Assembly: GCA_038893995.1 (NCBI GenBank)
Contig: JAWAQK010000006.1
Span: 24,367-61,797, forward strand
Direction of reading: 5' to 3'
Length of the DNA stretch: 37,431 bases
From: Candidatus Thorarchaeota archaeon
Lineage (GTDB): Archaea; Asgardarchaeota; Thorarchaeia; Thorarchaeales; Thorarchaeaceae
Below are positions 36,040 to 37,431 of the stretch, in pieces. Each line of letters begins with the position of its first letter. Position 1 is the first letter of the stretch. Below the pieces are notes generated by a model. That model was not told where the DNA came from and did no database searches. It saw nothing but the letters and a program-made list of their open reading frames with translations. The position numbers and the translations under genes are program-made.

Positions 36040-37431
36040 ATGGTCGATGTCTTGACAACTGTGTTGTTTGTAGTTGCACTCGGGCCTGCGGGTGGAGCTC
36101 TGGTTTCTGTGATGTCCAAGTTGAGAAGAGTTGACACAAATGCATGGTTCCTCCCCCCACTGATTTCACTGCTATCTCTGATAGGGACCATCTTCCTCTT
36201 GTCCGAGGTAAGCGATGGACCGGTGACTATCGTGGCCGCCAGTCTGTCCGTCCCATGGCTAAGCACAAGCATTGGATTTCACGTGGATGTTCTGGCCGTT
36301 TCGTTCTCGATAATCCTGTCACTATTCACTCTTCTCGGAACCTCATATGGGGCGTTCCAGTTTAAGATGACAAGGGTCGGGGAGGAGACAACGACCGCTG
36401 CCCGAATGTTGTCTTCCATGTTGGTGATGAATAGCAGCGCAATTGTGGTCTTCCTAGCACTTGATCTGTTCACCCTCCTTGTCGCATGGGAGGTCACGAC
36501 GCTTAGCCTGTACCTGCTGATAGTGACAGACCGAGAACCAGGCATTGCGTTCAAGGCCTTCTTGATGACCCATTTTGGTGGGATTCTGTTACTGGGACTC
36601 ACGATCGTATTGTCGACAAGCACTGGTACCCTGAGTCTGATCGAGATGCGGCTCCAACCGGGCCTGTTGGTCATGCTCCTCCCACTGATAGCACCAATGT
36701 TGATCTTGGCAGCACTGCCCAAGTCGATCCAGTTTCCGTTCCACACGTGGTTCACAGACAGTGCCAGAGCACCAGCCTCGTCGCTCCTCCTGATTCTCGC
36801 AGCCGATCTCTTGGGCGTCTACCTTCTGATGCGCATGATGCTTCAGACCCTCGCGCCCGGCCTTGCTCTGTTGCCTATCATCCCCATATCCCCTCTGGTC
36901 GGTGAGATGAATCCGGTTGGGCTTGTGGTGGCCATTGTGGGATGCATTACACTGATAGTTGGTGCAGTCAATGCACTGATCGAGTCCGATCTCCAGCGGA
37001 TCGTCACTTTCAGCGCCTCCTCTGAGCTCGGGTTTGTATTCATGATGTTGGGCTTCACATTTCCTCTCGCTACGACTGCAGCCATATTCTACGCGATATC
37101 TCACACCCTTGTGATAGGTCTACTTCTAGCCTGCGTAGGTGCTGTCATCTTGGGGACTGGAGCCCGGAGAATTGAGGAGCTTGGAGGGCTCTATTATGCG
37201 ATGCCCATCACTGCATCCTTCACTGCCCTGGGAGTCCTTGCTATAGGGGGACTGCCCCTCTTGAGCGAGTTTGTAGGAAAGTATCTGGTCACCATATCGA
37301 CCATAGTGATAGTTTCACCCCTGTTCCTGTTCGTCGCAGTCACTGGAGAACTCGTGCACATAGTGGTGGCAACGAGACTATTGTACTCGGTATTCCTCGC
37401 TCGTGGAAAGCCGTCGTCAGATCGAAGAATC
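36040..37431 (+). CDS. 3'-truncated antiporter-like membrane subunit (MrpA/NuoL/HyfB family); absent from the ORF track
   Basis: ATG 36040 follows GAGGAGA and the frame is open to the window end: LDLFTLLVAWE, AFKAFLMTH, PKSIQFPFHTWFTD, GVYLLMR, ALIESDLQRIVTFS, ELGGL...MP, LAIGGLP...FVGK. Confidence 0.9.
   Translation, partial: MVDVLTTVLFVVALGPAGGALVSVMSKLRRVDTNAWFLPPLISLLSLIGTIFLLSEVSDGPVTIVAASLSVPWLSTSIGFHVDVLAVSFSIILSLFTLLGTSYGAFQFKMTRVGEETTTAARMLSSMLVMNSSAIVVFLALDLFTLLVAWEVTTLSLYLLIVTDREPGIAFKAFLMTHFGGILLLGLTIVLSTSTGTLSLIEMRLQPGLLVMLLPLIAPMLILAALPKSIQFPFHTWFTDSARAPASSLLLILAADLLGVYLLMRMMLQTLAPGLALLPIIPISPLVGEMNPVGLVVAIVGCITLIVGAVNALIESDLQRIVTFSASSELGFVFMMLGFTFPLATTAAIFYAISHTLVIGLLLACVGAVILGTGARRIEELGGLYYAMPITASFTALGVLAIGGLPLLSEFVGKYLVTISTIVIVSPLFLFVAVTGELVHIVVATRLLYSVFLARGKPSSDRRI

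Noticed and set aside
36279-37104. Minus-strand ORFs of 158 and 171 aa at the right end
   Set aside because: Antisense shadows of the plus-strand antiporter-like gene starting at 36040.
1-37431. CRISPR arrays, IS elements, integrases, rRNA/tRNA genes, and the many other antisense ORFs in the track
   Set aside because: I saw no spaced direct repeats, transposase or integrase motifs, or RNA gene signatures. Long antisense ORFs are expected at this GC content.

Overview
A gene-dense, GC-rich archaeal chromosomal segment, very probably from an Asgard archaeon. Thorarchaeia is an inference from three Rab-like small GTPases, an archaeal-type ThrRS, an archaeal AsnRS-like asparagine synthetase, TATA-like promoters and a beta-helix surface-protein remnant. 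From left to right the window holds: a 5'-truncated NPRL2/GATOR1-like tandem winged-helix protein with a small helical protein and a Rab-like GTPase; the NAD salvage pair pncB-pncA; an Fe-S protein/ferredoxin pair; thrS; an Lrp/AsnC regulator divergent from asnA, then gdhA; a membrane histidine kinase whose sensor resembles a VUT/YhhQ transporter; an ABC-2 exporter; a decayed membrane-protein region; an EamA transporter; a Rab-like GTPase ending in a CaaX-like CMLA; a cytoplasmic HtrA; two orphan multi-PAS histidine kinases; a tandem SRPBCC protein; a dolichol/phytol-kinase-like protein; a third GTPase; CopA with a YHS tail; a truncated beta-helix surface protein; an MFS transporter; a secreted CUB-PPC-caspase-fold protease; a TSUP transporter; a membrane hypothetical; a NuoC-like subunit; and a 3'-truncated MrpA/NuoL/HyfB-like subunit that the ORF track missed. 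I saw no tRNA, rRNA, CRISPR array or mobile element. All family calls come from motif recognition by eye, not database searches.
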